A stretch of 64,000 bases of DNA from Alphaproteobacteria bacterium. Lineage in GTDB: Bacteria; Pseudomonadota; Alphaproteobacteria; UBA828. A program made the translations under genes and the position numbers. The notes below the pieces were generated by a model. The model had not been told where the DNA came from. It was given only the letters and a program-made list of their open reading frames with translations, and did no database searches. The stretch is taken from positions 608,001 through 672,000 of the forward strand of contig CAXXMU010000002.1 in the NCBI GenBank assembly GCA_963667785.2, given 5' to 3'. Positions 28,841 through 38,557 of this stretch are shown here, one piece after another. Position 1 is the first letter of the stretch; each line of letters begins with the position of its first letter.

Positions 28841-29398
28841 ATGAAGAGGATGGTCAGGAAGCCCGAGTTCTGGGTGATCGTCGCCGCCTGCATCTTCGTC
28901 GTCGTCGGCAGCCAGATCACCGAGGACGCCAACTTCTGGATCCTCATCGCCTTCATCACCTTCTTCGGCGCCTTCGGCCGCGCCGCCTACAAGAAGGCGA
29001 CCGAGGTTCTCGACAAGCGGGCGGAGCGGATCAGGAACGAGCTCGAGGAGGCCGAGTCGCTGCGCGACGAGGCCAGGGCGCTGCTGGCGGAGCACGAGCG
29101 CAAGCGCCAGGAGGCCGAGGAAGAGGCGCGCCTGATGGTCGAGCACGCCAAGGCGGAGGCCGAGCGCCACGCGGCCGAGGCCCGCACCGCGCTCGAGGAG
29201 ACCATGAAGCGCCGCGCCGAGCTCGCGGAGCAGCGCATCGCCCGGGCCGAGGAAGAGGCCATGCGGGAGGTGCGCCAGACCGCCGCCGTGCTGGCCATCG
29301 AGGCGGCGCGCCGGCTCATCGGCGAGACCGTCGACGAGAGCCGCGCCGACCGCATGATCGAGGAATCGATCCAGGAAGTCCGCGACCGGCTGAACTGA
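28841..29398 (+). CDS. atpF: F0 ATP synthase subunit b (two N-terminal hydrophobic segments)
   Basis: FW..IAF..F, LDKRAERIR.ELEEA..LR.EA, coiled coil; operon position. Confidence 0.93.
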   Translation: MKRMVRKPEFWVIVAACIFVVVGSQITEDANFWILIAFITFFGAFGRAAYKKATEVLDKRAERIRNELEEAESLRDEARALLAEHERKRQEAEEEARLMVEHAKAEAERHAAEARTALEETMKRRAELAEQRIARAEEEAMREVRQTAAVLAIEAARRLIGETVDESRADRMIEESIQEVRDRLN

Positions 29399-29452
29399 CG
29401 CGAGAGCCCGCCGCTCGCGGCTCCGCCCGGCGCCGGCACGGGAGGCGCGCCA

Positions 29453-30640
29453 GTGTACAAGGGCATGTACGCCTACCCCTGGGACCTGGTGGACGAGGGG
29501 ATCGGCACCGCCACCGGCCGGATGCGCGACTGCGGCATCAACACGGTCACGCTGGCGGCGAGCTACCATGCCGGCAAGTTCCTGCGCCCCCACGCGCCGG
29601 CCGGCCGGGTCTACTTTCCCGAGGACGGCACGGTCTACGTCCGCCCGCGGCCCGAGCGCTACGGCGCGATCAAGCCGATCCAGAGCAGGCTCGCCGCCGA
29701 GCGCGACACCTTCGCGGAGCTCGCGGCGGAGGCGCCGGACATGGGGCGCGTCGCCTGGACGGTCTGCCTGCACAACACGCCGCTCGGCATGCGCCACCCG
29801 GAGCTGACGGTGCGCAACTGCTACGGCGATTCCTATCCCTACAGCCTGTGCCCGGCCTACGACGAGGTGCGGCGCTACGTCGTGACGCTGTGCGTCGACA
29901 TGGCGGAGCGCTACGAGCTCGACGGGCTGGCGCTGGAGACCCCCGGCTTCCTGCCCTTCGATCACGGCTTCCACCACGAGTTCTTCCTACTGCCGATGAA
30001 CCGCTGGGCCGGCTGGCTGCTGGGGCTCTGCTTTTCCGAGGGCACCATCGCCGCGGCCGAGGCCCGCGGCATCGATGCCGAGCGGCTGCGCTGGCAGGCC
30101 TGCGCCGCGCTCGACGGCTTCTTCGCCGCGCCGGAGCCGGTGCCGGAGCACGTCGCCGCCGAGTGGTGGATCGCGGACATCGTCGCCGACCCGGAATGGG
30201 CGGTGTTCCTGAGTTGGCGCTGTCAGCTCGTGGCCGATCTCGTGGCCGAGGTCCGCGCGGCTCTCCCCCGCGAGACCGGACTCGCGGTGATCCCGACCGT
30301 GCAGCGGCCGAGCGCCGCCGCCTGGTCGGAGGGGAGCGATCTCAGCCTGCTCGCCGAGGCGGCAGACACGCTGGAGGTGCCGGCCTACGAGGCGAGCGCG
30401 GCGGCGGTGGCGCTGGATGCCCGCGACGTGCGCCGCCGCGCGGGCGCGGACGCGCGCATCAGCTACATCCTGCGCCCGGCCCATCCCGATCTCGCGAACG
30501 GGGCGGAGTGCGCCGCTGCCGTGCGCGCGCTGAAGGCGGGCGGGCTCTCCGGCATCGCCTTCTACAACTACGGCCACGTCGCGCTCGGCGCTCTCGACCG
30601 GGTGCGCGAGGCGCTCGCCCTGCTGGAGGAAGAGACATGA
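29453..30640 (+). CDS. Conserved hypothetical protein, probable glycoside-hydrolase-like TIM barrel
   Basis: Y.YPWD, LAASYH, W.V.LHN, LCP, LE...F...HG.HHE, FYNYG. Confidence 0.65.
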   Translation: MYKGMYAYPWDLVDEGIGTATGRMRDCGINTVTLAASYHAGKFLRPHAPAGRVYFPEDGTVYVRPRPERYGAIKPIQSRLAAERDTFAELAAEAPDMGRVAWTVCLHNTPLGMRHPELTVRNCYGDSYPYSLCPAYDEVRRYVVTLCVDMAERYELDGLALETPGFLPFDHGFHHEFFLLPMNRWAGWLLGLCFSEGTIAAAEARGIDAERLRWQACAALDGFFAAPEPVPEHVAAEWWIADIVADPEWAVFLSWRCQLVADLVAEVRAALPRETGLAVIPTVQRPSAAAWSEGSDLSLLAEAADTLEVPAYEASAAAVALDARDVRRRAGADARISYILRPAHPDLANGAECAAAVRALKAGGLSGIAFYNYGHVALGALDRVREALALLEEET

Positions 30641-31428
30641 TGCGCTTCCTGGGAAAGGCCGCGCTCGTCACCGGCGGAGGCGGGGGCATCGGCAGCGCCA
30701 TCGCCGAGCGGCTCGCCTTCGAGGGCGCAGCCGTCGGCGTGCTCGACCGGCGAGGCGATGCGGCGGCGGACGTGGCGGCACGGGTGGAGGCGGCGGGTGC
30801 GAAGGCGCTCGCGCTCACCGCCGAGATCACCGAGCCGGACTCGGTCGCCGCCGCCCTGGCGACGATGACCGACGCTGTCGGCGCGCCGGACGTGCTGGTC
30901 AACAACGCGGCATGGGCGCTCAAGGGCGACCTGGAGAGCACGGCCCTCGCCGACTGGCAGGCGGAGCTCGCGATCGACCTCGACGGCCAGTTCGTCTGCG
31001 CCAAGGCGGTGCTGCCCGGCATGGTCGCGCGCGGCGCCGGCGCCATCGTCAACATCGGCTCGGTCAACGGCCTGATGGCGCTCGGCAACCCGGCCTACAG
31101 CGCCGCCAAGGCAGGCCTGCTCAGCTTCACCCGCTCGCTCGCAGTGGAGTACGGGCCGAATGGCATCCGCGCCAACATGGTCTCGCCCGGCACGGTGGAG
31201 ACCGACATCGAAACCTGGCGCATCCGGCGCGAGAAGAACCCGCAGATCTTCGAGCAGCTCGCACGCTGGTATCCGGTGGGGCGCGTCGGCCGGCCCGACG
31301 ACATCGCCGCGGCCGTGGCATTCGTCGCCGCCGACGAGGCGGGCTTCGTCAACGGCGCCAACCTGGTGGTCGACGGCGGGCTCACGGCCGGCCTTCCGGT
31401 GATGATCGAGGAGCTGATCCTCGAATAG
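30637..31428 (+). CDS. Short-chain dehydrogenase/reductase
   Basis: TGGGGGIG, NNAA, YSAAK, VVDGG; ATGA overlap. Confidence 0.9.
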   Translation: MMRFLGKAALVTGGGGGIGSAIAERLAFEGAAVGVLDRRGDAAADVAARVEAAGAKALALTAEITEPDSVAAALATMTDAVGAPDVLVNNAAWALKGDLESTALADWQAELAIDLDGQFVCAKAVLPGMVARGAGAIVNIGSVNGLMALGNPAYSAAKAGLLSFTRSLAVEYGPNGIRANMVSPGTVETDIETWRIRREKNPQIFEQLARWYPVGRVGRPDDIAAAVAFVAADEAGFVNGANLVVDGGLTAGLPVMIEELILE

Positions 31429-31551
31429 GCGCCCCCTGCCGCCCGTCCCCTTGCTGTGCGGGCGGGCTCCCTTGCGCGCTCTTCCGGCGCGCCATAGGCT
31501 TCGGCCGGCGGCGATTTCCGTCACGAGAGACGCGCGAGGAGGTAGGTGTCC

Positions 31552-31959
31552 ATGGCCGAGCCCCTCTCCGGCGGCTGCCTCTGCGGCGACGTGCGCTACG
31601 AGGTCCGCGGGGCACCGGTGTACGTCTTCCACTGCCACTGCTCGATGTGCCGTCGAGCGGGCGGCGCCGCGTTCCAGACCTGGGCGGGGCTCGAGGCCGA
31701 CGCCGTCACGGTCACGCAGGGGACGCCGCAGAGCTACCGGTCGTCCTCCTTCGCGCGCCGGAGTTTTTGCGGACGCTGCGGCGGGCAGCTCTTCTACCAC
31801 TACACCGGGGCGCAGAGCCCGGCGCTCTGGGTTTCGGCGGGCACGCTCGACCACCCGGAACGGGTAACTCCCGACCGCCACGTGTTCGCGGACGACCGCG
31901 TCCCGTGGGTGCACATGGAGGACGGGCTGCCGCGGACCGACGGCGACCCGGAACTCTAG
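31552..31959 (+). CDS. GFA (glutathione-dependent formaldehyde-activating/CENP-V) family Zn protein
   Basis: GGCLCG, CHCSMCRR, FCGRCG. Confidence 0.9.
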   Translation: MAEPLSGGCLCGDVRYEVRGAPVYVFHCHCSMCRRAGGAAFQTWAGLEADAVTVTQGTPQSYRSSSFARRSFCGRCGGQLFYHYTGAQSPALWVSAGTLDHPERVTPDRHVFADDRVPWVHMEDGLPRTDGDPEL

Positions 31960-31985
31960 CGGGACGAGCCATTCGCCAGGACGCC

Positions 31986-32993
31986 ATGCGCGACTTCCTC
32001 GACTCCACCGCTCTCATGGGCGACGGCCCGGCGCTCGCCGCGCGGCTCCGGCGCGACGGCTATCTCTTCCTGCGCGGGCTGCTGCCGGGCGCGGCCGTGC
32101 TGGAGGTGCGCCGGCGCCTGCTGGAGAAGGCGGCGGCCGGCGGCTGGCTCGACCCGGCGCATCCGCCGGAGGCGGGCATCGCCAACCCCGCCGCCGCCTG
32201 CAAGGACCCCGAGGAACGCTACATGGCGGTGTTCCGCGGCATCTGGGCCGACGAGGCGCTGCACCGGCTGAGGACGCACCCGGCCGTGCTGGCGCTCTTC
32301 GAGCGGATGTTCGGCGAGCCCGCGCTGGCGCATCCGATGTTCGTCCAGCGCAACATCTTCCCCCAGAGCGAGAGCTTCGACTTCACCACCGGCGCGCATC
32401 AGGACAAGGTCCATATCGGCGGCGCGACCAGCCACGCGCTGTGGGTGCCGCTCGGCGACTGCCCGAGGGAGAAGGGGGCGCTGGCGGTGGCGGCCGGCTC
32501 GCACCACGCGGGCGTGCTGGAGACCAGGGTCGGCGGCGGCGCCGGCGGCATGGACATCAGCGTGCCGATCCCCGGCGAATGGGTGAGCGGCGCCTTCGCG
32601 GCGGGCGATGCGCTGATCTTCTCGGACACCACGGTGCATCGCGCGCTGCCCAACCGCTCGCCCGAGATCAGGCTCTCTTTCGATGCCCGCTACCAGCCGG
32701 CGAGCCAGCCCGTCGCCGAGACCAACATGCGCCCCTATTCAGGCTGCGGCACCTGGGAGGAGGTCTATGCCGGCTGGTCCTCGGACGACCAGCAGTATTA
32801 CTGGAAGGCGCTGTCGCCCGTCGTCGTGCCCCTCGACCGCAGCCACTACGAGCGCCGCGACCGGATGGCCTTCGCCATGGCCGAGAGCGGCGACGCCACG
32901 GCGCGCGATGCGCTGCTGCGCATCGCACAACGCGACCCGGACGAGGCAAAACGCCGGCGCGCGGAAGGCCTGCTGCGCGGCCTCGGCGCCTGA
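31986..32993 (+). CDS. Phytanoyl-CoA dioxygenase (PhyH) family 2OG-Fe(II) oxygenase
   Basis: DGYLFLRG, HQD, WVPLGD, GSH, GD.L.F...TVH, R.S.D.RY. Confidence 0.85.
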   Translation: MRDFLDSTALMGDGPALAARLRRDGYLFLRGLLPGAAVLEVRRRLLEKAAAGGWLDPAHPPEAGIANPAAACKDPEERYMAVFRGIWADEALHRLRTHPAVLALFERMFGEPALAHPMFVQRNIFPQSESFDFTTGAHQDKVHIGGATSHALWVPLGDCPREKGALAVAAGSHHAGVLETRVGGGAGGMDISVPIPGEWVSGAFAAGDALIFSDTTVHRALPNRSPEIRLSFDARYQPASQPVAETNMRPYSGCGTWEEVYAGWSSDDQQYYWKALSPVVVPLDRSHYERRDRMAFAMAESGDATARDALLRIAQRDPDEAKRRRAEGLLRGLGA

Positions 32994-33001
32994 GCGAACG
33001 C

Positions 33002-33107
33002 CCCTCCTCACCCCGGCCCTCTCCGCCCCCAGGGGCGGAGAGGGAGAGCAGCCGGCGCCGCCTGCGTTCCCCCTCCGCCTTTGGGGGAGGGGGACAGGGG
33101 GAGGTGG
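33002..33107. repeat. Inverted pair of CCCTCACCCC-GGCCCTCTCC-type palindromic repeats
   Basis: Hairpin CCCTCTCCGCCCC/GGGGCGGAGAGGG and a second, inverted unit; related third unit at 33446-33480; between convergent genes. Confidence 0.65.
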
Positions 33108-33516
33108 GAGTCGTTCAAGCCGTGGTGGTCTCGGTTGGTCGGATAATGCTCTAGCCATGACGCGACGGGGGCCGAACACCGCTCCCTCACGTGGCGACCG
33201 GAAGTGGGATTCGCCAGAGGGGGGCATGCGGGATTTCGCGGGATAGCGAGGGATTCCGGCGGGACAGGCGGCCTCCATATCCCACTTCGCCACCGCCCCC
33301 TGCCGTGCTCCGCCCCTTCCCGCTCGTCTGCGCTCTCGCCCGTCATGCCCCGACCCTCGCACGGCACGCGCACGAGCGGCACCGCACCATGGTCCGGAGA
33401 CTCTCGCGCAGCGCAAGGCAGCGCGGCTCGGCGCTGCCGCCTCTTTCCCCCTCCTCCTGGGAGGAGGGGGCAGGGGTGGGAATGGTTCGGACCGCCGAAG
33501 GGGCGGCCCGGCGGGC

Positions 33517-35514
33517 CTACTCGGCGGCCTGGTCGAGCTCGGCGATGGCGTCGTTCCAGTGCGCGGCCGAGCGCTTCTTCATCATGGTGCGGAACTCGGC
33601 GGTGGTCTTGGGGAAGTACTCGCCGGTGCCCCAGTCCACGATGACGCCATAGCGGCGCACCATGTCGAACTCGTCGAGCTCGCCCTTGCGGTAGCGCTCG
33701 GCGACGGCGGCGCCGTCCTCCTCCAGCCAGCCGCGGCGAGCCTTGGCGATGGCCGCGCGCTCGGCGCGGGTCGCCTCGACGTCCACCTCGTAGCTCGCGA
33801 GGTCGGCGTCAATCACCGTGAGCACGACGCCATAGTCCTTGCGCGCGCGCGCTAGCGAGACGTAGTCGTCCTCGACGTCCCGCATCACCAGCGCCGGGTC
33901 GCGCTCGAGCGGATCGCCGAGCCCGCCGCCGCCGGCCGTCGGGCGCGAGAAGATGTCGCCGGATGCGATGGGCACGTCGGAGAAGATCGAGCCCAGCCAC
34001 TCGCGCTCGTTCTTGCCCTTGCGCTGGATGTAGAGCCCGTGGGGCATCGACGGCAGCCCGCCCTTGATGCCCCAGACGATGGCCCGCTCGCGGTCGCAGA
34101 TGTAGGAGATGACCGTGCTCTCGGCATCCTGAAGGGTGCTGGTCTTGACCACGCCCGCGCCGCCCCGCCACTTGCCGGGGCCGGGGGAATCGGTGTTGAT
34201 CTGGTACTCGTTGGCGATGATCGGGCAGAGCCGTTCCTGCCCCTCCACCGGCTGGGTCATCAGGCCAGTGCCGAAGCAGGCGGTGGTGACGTTGCAGCCG
34301 TCCTTGCCGTTGCGCCCGCCCCAGCCGCCGGGCAGCCAGTCGTAGAACATGAAGATGTTGCGGTCCTCGGTGCGGAGGTCGCGGCCGCCGGTGAGCAGGT
34401 ACTCGAGGTTGAAGGCGCATGCGATGGCGCGCTCGGGCATGATGTCGGACCAGATCTCGTAGATCGAGTTCATGATCTTCTCGAACGGCATCAGGAAGCC
34501 CGTCACCGCGACCGGCCACTGGGCGTCCACGATGGAGTTCTCGGGCGCGATCACGTTGATCGGCCGGTAGAAGCCCGAGTTCAGCGGCAGGTCGGGGAAG
34601 TAGGTCTTCATGCCCGCGACCACGGCCGAGAAGGTGCCGCCGAAGGCGGAGTTGTAGAGGGTGCTGATGGTGTCGTGGCTGCCGGTGAAGTCGTAGGTGA
34701 CCTCGTCGCCCTCGATGGTGAGCTTCACCTTGATCGGGATCAGCCCCTCGCCGAGCGCGGGGTCGCGGTCGATGTAGTCGACGTTCTCCCAGGTGCCGTC
34801 AGGCAGCTCGGCGATGCGCTGGCGCGTCGCCAGCTCGACATAGTCCTGCACCTCCTGGGTGCCGGTGACGACGGTGTCCTTACCGTACTTGTCGACCAGC
34901 CTGAGGATCTCGCGCTCGGCGACGCGGGTGGCCTCGGCCTGGGCGTTCATGTCACCGATGATGGATTCCGGATCGCGCGTGTTGGCGGCGATCATGTCGG
35001 CGAAGTCCTTGCGCCACTTGCCCTCGTCGATCAGCCGCGTCGGCGTGATGCGGATGCCCTCGCGGAACATCTCCTTGGCGAGCACGTCGAAGGAGCCGGG
35101 CGTGCTGCCGCCCACGTCCGACCAGTGGCCGTTGGACTGGGCGAAGGCGATGATCTCGTCGCCCACGAACACCGGCCGGATGATGCGCACGTCGTTGAAG
35201 TGCGTGCCGCCGGCGTAGGGGTCGTTGGTCATGAACACGTCGCCCGGCCGCATGTCGTCCTTGAAGGTCTCGATGACCGCCTTGCAGGTGTAGTGGAGCG
35301 TGCCGACGTGGACGGCGATGTCCATGTTGCCCTGGGCGATGGAATCGCCGTTGGCGTCGTTGAGCGCGGACGAGAAGTCGCGGTTGTAGATGACGAAGGA
35401 ATAGCAGGTCCTGAGGATCTGCTCCGCCATCTGGTCGACGGTCGTGATGAACGAGTTCTTCAGAACCTCGAAGGTTACCGGATCGAGCGTGATGCCAGCG
35501 CCTTGCTTGCTCAT
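33517..35514 (-). CDS. Hydantoinase B/oxoprolinase family subunit
   Basis: LDPVTFEVL, RDFS, NDPYAGGTHFND, HWSDVGG, GPGKWRGGAG, GGGG.GDPLERD. Confidence 0.93.
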   Translation of the reverse strand: MSKQGAGITLDPVTFEVLKNSFITTVDQMAEQILRTCYSFVIYNRDFSSALNDANGDSIAQGNMDIAVHVGTLHYTCKAVIETFKDDMRPGDVFMTNDPYAGGTHFNDVRIIRPVFVGDEIIAFAQSNGHWSDVGGSTPGSFDVLAKEMFREGIRITPTRLIDEGKWRKDFADMIAANTRDPESIIGDMNAQAEATRVAEREILRLVDKYGKDTVVTGTQEVQDYVELATRQRIAELPDGTWENVDYIDRDPALGEGLIPIKVKLTIEGDEVTYDFTGSHDTISTLYNSAFGGTFSAVVAGMKTYFPDLPLNSGFYRPINVIAPENSIVDAQWPVAVTGFLMPFEKIMNSIYEIWSDIMPERAIACAFNLEYLLTGGRDLRTEDRNIFMFYDWLPGGWGGRNGKDGCNVTTACFGTGLMTQPVEGQERLCPIIANEYQINTDSPGPGKWRGGAGVVKTSTLQDAESTVISYICDRERAIVWGIKGGLPSMPHGLYIQRKGKNEREWLGSIFSDVPIASGDIFSRPTAGGGGLGDPLERDPALVMRDVEDDYVSLARARKDYGVVLTVIDADLASYEVDVEATRAERAAIAKARRGWLEEDGAAVAERYRKGELDEFDMVRRYGVIVDWGTGEYFPKTTAEFRTMMKKRSAAHWNDAIAELDQAAE

Positions 35515-37553
35515 GAGCTTGCCTCCGCAACGTGGATCCGGACGTTGAGCCACTCGTCCACTTCCGCGCGTACGCCGGGCGGGATGACCGTGGTCGAATC
35601 GAGTTGCTCGATAATCGCCGGCCCCTCGATCACCGCGCCCGCAGGCAGCGCGTCGTGGGAGTATATCGGTGTCTCCACCGCCCCCTCAACCTCGTCGAAG
35701 TCGACCATGCGGGCGCCCTCGGCCTCGGCCTTGGCGCCGTTCGTGGCGTGGCGCATCAACTCGGCCTTCGCCACCGTGCCGATGGCGGTGAGGCTGAGCC
35801 GGAACAGCTCGACCGGCGTGTCGTCCCGGCGGAAGGCGTATTCCCGGTCATGGTCGGCGTGGAAGGCGTTGACGGCGTCGGGCACCGAGGTGAAGGGCGA
35901 GGCCACCGGCACCTGCAGCGAGCGCCACTGGCCCTGGTACATCATGTCGATGCTGCGCTGCAGCACCATGTCTGCCTCTGCCACGCCCTCCTTCACCAGG
36001 CGGCCGTGCGCCTCCGCCTCCATCTCGCCGAAGCGGGCCTCGATGTCGGCCGGGTCGGCCTCTGCCGCGAGCGCCAGGTAGGTCTGCGAGAGGTCGTGGC
36101 GGATATCGACGAGCAGGCAGCCGAGCGCCGACGTCACGCCCGGATTGGGCGGCACGATCACCGTCGGGATGGAGAGCTCCCTCGCCAGCGCCACACCGTG
36201 CAGCGCGCCCGCGCCGCCGAAGGCGACCAGCGCGAAGTCGCGCGGATCGTAGCCCCGGCTGATGGAGATCAGCCGCACCGCATCCGCCATGTTGGCGTTG
36301 GCGACGCTGACGATCGCCTTGGCGGCGGTCACCGGGTCCATCCCCAGCGGCTCGGCGACGCCGGTGCGGACGGCGGCCTCCGAGGCCGCCTTGTCGAGCT
36401 CGATCTGGCCGCCGGCGAGCGAGGTGCCGAGCCGGCCGAGCGCAAGGTTGGCGTCGGTGTTGGTGGGGGTCGTGTTGCCGCGGCCATAGCAGGCCGGCCC
36501 CGGGTCGGCACCCGCCGACTGCGGCCCGTTGTGGAGCGAGCCGGCGTCGTCGATCCAGGCGAGCGAGCCGCCACCCGCCCCGATGGTCAGCACCTCGATG
36601 CTGGGGAAGCGGATCGGGTAGCCGAACTCGATGTGCCAGTCCTTGGTGACGCGGGATTCGCCGCCGAACACCAGCGACACGTCGCAGCTCGTGCCTCCCA
36701 TGTCGAGGCCGATGGAGTTCTCGTAGCCGCAGAGCATGGCGATGTGGCGGCTGGCGATCGCGCCGGCGGCGATGCCGGAGCCGGCGAGGCGGCCGGCGAA
36801 CTGCCCGGCGGTCGCGGGCGTCATCACCCCGCCGCCGGAATGGAGCATCAGCAGGTCGCTGGCGTAGCCGCCCTTCTGCAGCGCCTCGTTCATGCGGCTG
36901 ACGTAGCCGCCCACGACGGGGCTCAGGATCGCGTTCACCACCGTCGTGGAGAAGCGCTCGTGCTCGAAGATCTCCGGCAGGGTCTCGGAGGAGGTGGTGA
37001 TCTCCACGCCCGGCAGCTCCTCCTGAAGGATCTCCTTCATGCGGGCCTCGTGGACCGGGTTGATGAAGGAGTTCATGAAGCAGACGGCGACGGCCTCGAC
37101 GCCCCGCTTGCGCAGGATGCGGGCCTTCTCGCGCGCGTCCGCCTCGTCGAGCGGGGTGGCGATACGGCCGCCGTGGTCGATGCGCTCGCGCACGGTGAGC
37201 CGGTCGCGGCGGCGGATGTAGGGCTGGGCCACGTCCTTGTAGGTGTCCCAGAGGTCCTCCTTGTTGGCGCGCCTGATCTCGATGACGTCGCGATAGCCTT
37301 CGCTGCAGACCATCGCCGACGACGGCAGCCGGCGGGTGATGAGCGCGTTGGTGGCGACCGTCGTGCCGTGGGAGAAGAGCGTCACGTCCCGCAGGTCGAT
37401 CTCCGCCTCCTCCAGCCCCCGCATGGCGCCGATCAGGGGGTCCTCGGGCGTCGAAGCGGTCTTCGCGACCCTGAGCGCGCCGGAGTCCTCGTCGAGCACG
37501 CAGATGTCGGTGAACGTGCCGCCGATATCGACGGCCACCCTGAGCTTCGTCAC
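35511..37553 (-). CDS. Hydantoinase A/oxoprolinase family subunit (ATP-binding)
   Basis: DIGGTFTD, HGTTVATN, DMGGTS.D, IGAGGGS, GPQSAGA.PGPACY, AFGGAG. Confidence 0.93.
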   Translation of the reverse strand: MTKLRVAVDIGGTFTDICVLDEDSGALRVAKTASTPEDPLIGAMRGLEEAEIDLRDVTLFSHGTTVATNALITRRLPSSAMVCSEGYRDVIEIRRANKEDLWDTYKDVAQPYIRRRDRLTVRERIDHGGRIATPLDEADAREKARILRKRGVEAVAVCFMNSFINPVHEARMKEILQEELPGVEITTSSETLPEIFEHERFSTTVVNAILSPVVGGYVSRMNEALQKGGYASDLLMLHSGGGVMTPATAGQFAGRLAGSGIAAGAIASRHIAMLCGYENSIGLDMGGTSCDVSLVFGGESRVTKDWHIEFGYPIRFPSIEVLTIGAGGGSLAWIDDAGSLHNGPQSAGADPGPACYGRGNTTPTNTDANLALGRLGTSLAGGQIELDKAASEAAVRTGVAEPLGMDPVTAAKAIVSVANANMADAVRLISISRGYDPRDFALVAFGGAGALHGVALARELSIPTVIVPPNPGVTSALGCLLVDIRHDLSQTYLALAAEADPADIEARFGEMEAEAHGRLVKEGVAEADMVLQRSIDMMYQGQWRSLQVPVASPFTSVPDAVNAFHADHDREYAFRRDDTPVELFRLSLTAIGTVAKAELMRHATNGAKAEAEGARMVDFDEVEGAVETPIYSHDALPAGAVIEGPAIIEQLDSTTVIPPGVRAEVDEWLNVRIHVAEASS

Positions 37554-37635
37554 TGATTCCTCCCCCCGCTCTGATCCCTGTCGCCGCCGCCGCGACGGCG
37601 GCGCTGCAGTCTTCTCGTCTGCCCTTCCGCCGGCC

Positions 37636-38364
37636 TCATCCCGCGGCCGATGCCCTGCTGCGGCCGGCGTCGAGGTCCGGCGGCAGGATCGTCCTCTCGT
37701 CCACGGTCGCCTCGGAAAGCTGCGCCTGCGTCAGGTTTCGGACCTCGCCGAGGTCGGCGCCGGAGAGATCGGCGTCGGCGAGCGTCACGCCGCCGAAATA
37801 GGCGCTCCTGAGCGATGCGTCGCGAAAGCTCGTGCCGGGGAACTCGGCGCCCACCAGCATCGCGCCCTCCAGGTTCGCCCGCTCGAAGCTGGCGCGGCCG
37901 ACCCAGGCGCCGTGCAGGTCGGCGCGGGTGAGCGTCGCGTGCTCCAGGTGCGCGCGGCCGAGCCAGGCGCGCTGCAGGCTGGCCTCGACCAGCGAGGCGT
38001 GCTCCATGCGCGCATCGCCGAGCGCGGCGTCGGAAAGGTCGGCCCGGTCCAGCACTGCGCCCTGGAGCGTCGAGCCCGCGAGGTCGGCGCGGTTCAGGTT
38101 GGCGCCGCTGAGGTCGGCTTCCGAGAGATCGGCGCCGGCGAAGTCGGCGCGGAAGAGGGTGGCGTCGGCGAAGAGCGCGCGGCGCAGGTCGGCGCCGGGG
38201 AAGCGCACGTCAGACAGCGCCATCCCCGAGAAATTCGCCCGCGCGCCGTCCTCGCCGTCGCTCGCCAGCCAGCGCGCGTGATCGGCGCGCATCCGGGCGA
38301 TCGCGTCCGCATCGGGCGTCGGGTCCGTCGCCGCGCCTTCCGGCGGCATCAGCATATGGCGCAC
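37636..38364 (-). CDS. Pentapeptide-repeat protein
   Basis: Long A(D/N)Lxx repeat tract; N-terminal H..WL...G..G.RA.F. Confidence 0.88.
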   Translation of the reverse strand: MRHMLMPPEGAATDPTPDADAIARMRADHARWLASDGEDGARANFSGMALSDVRFPGADLRRALFADATLFRADFAGADLSEADLSGANLNRADLAGSTLQGAVLDRADLSDAALGDARMEHASLVEASLQRAWLGRAHLEHATLTRADLHGAWVGRASFERANLEGAMLVGAEFPGTSFRDASLRSAYFGGVTLADADLSGADLGEVRNLTQAQLSEATVDERTILPPDLDAGRSRASAAG

Positions 38365-38557
38365 ACTCCCTCGCCCCGCGCAGCCGCCCCCGGCGCCGCG
38401 CAGGCCTCTCTCGCCGAATTGCGGCTATCCAATAGCGGCAGAGGGCGCTTCGATCAATGGTGGAGGGGGCGAGGACAGCCGCTCTCCGCCGGCATCGGGA
38501 CCGGAGGCCGGCGGCGGCGGCCGCATGTAGATGCGGACGTCGAAGCGACGTCGGCGC

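Noticed and set aside
28426-31428. 1000-aa ORF suggesting a large SDR fusion
   Set aside because: The N-terminal part is an Arg/Gly-rich off-frame read of the atp and hypothetical genes; the real SDR starts at 30637. The same applies to extended track ORFs at 718, 3577, 9758, 30912, 46471, 55069 and 60033.
37636-38364. Qnr/MfpA quinolone-resistance call
   Set aside because: Generic pentapeptide repeat with no Qnr-specific features recognisable
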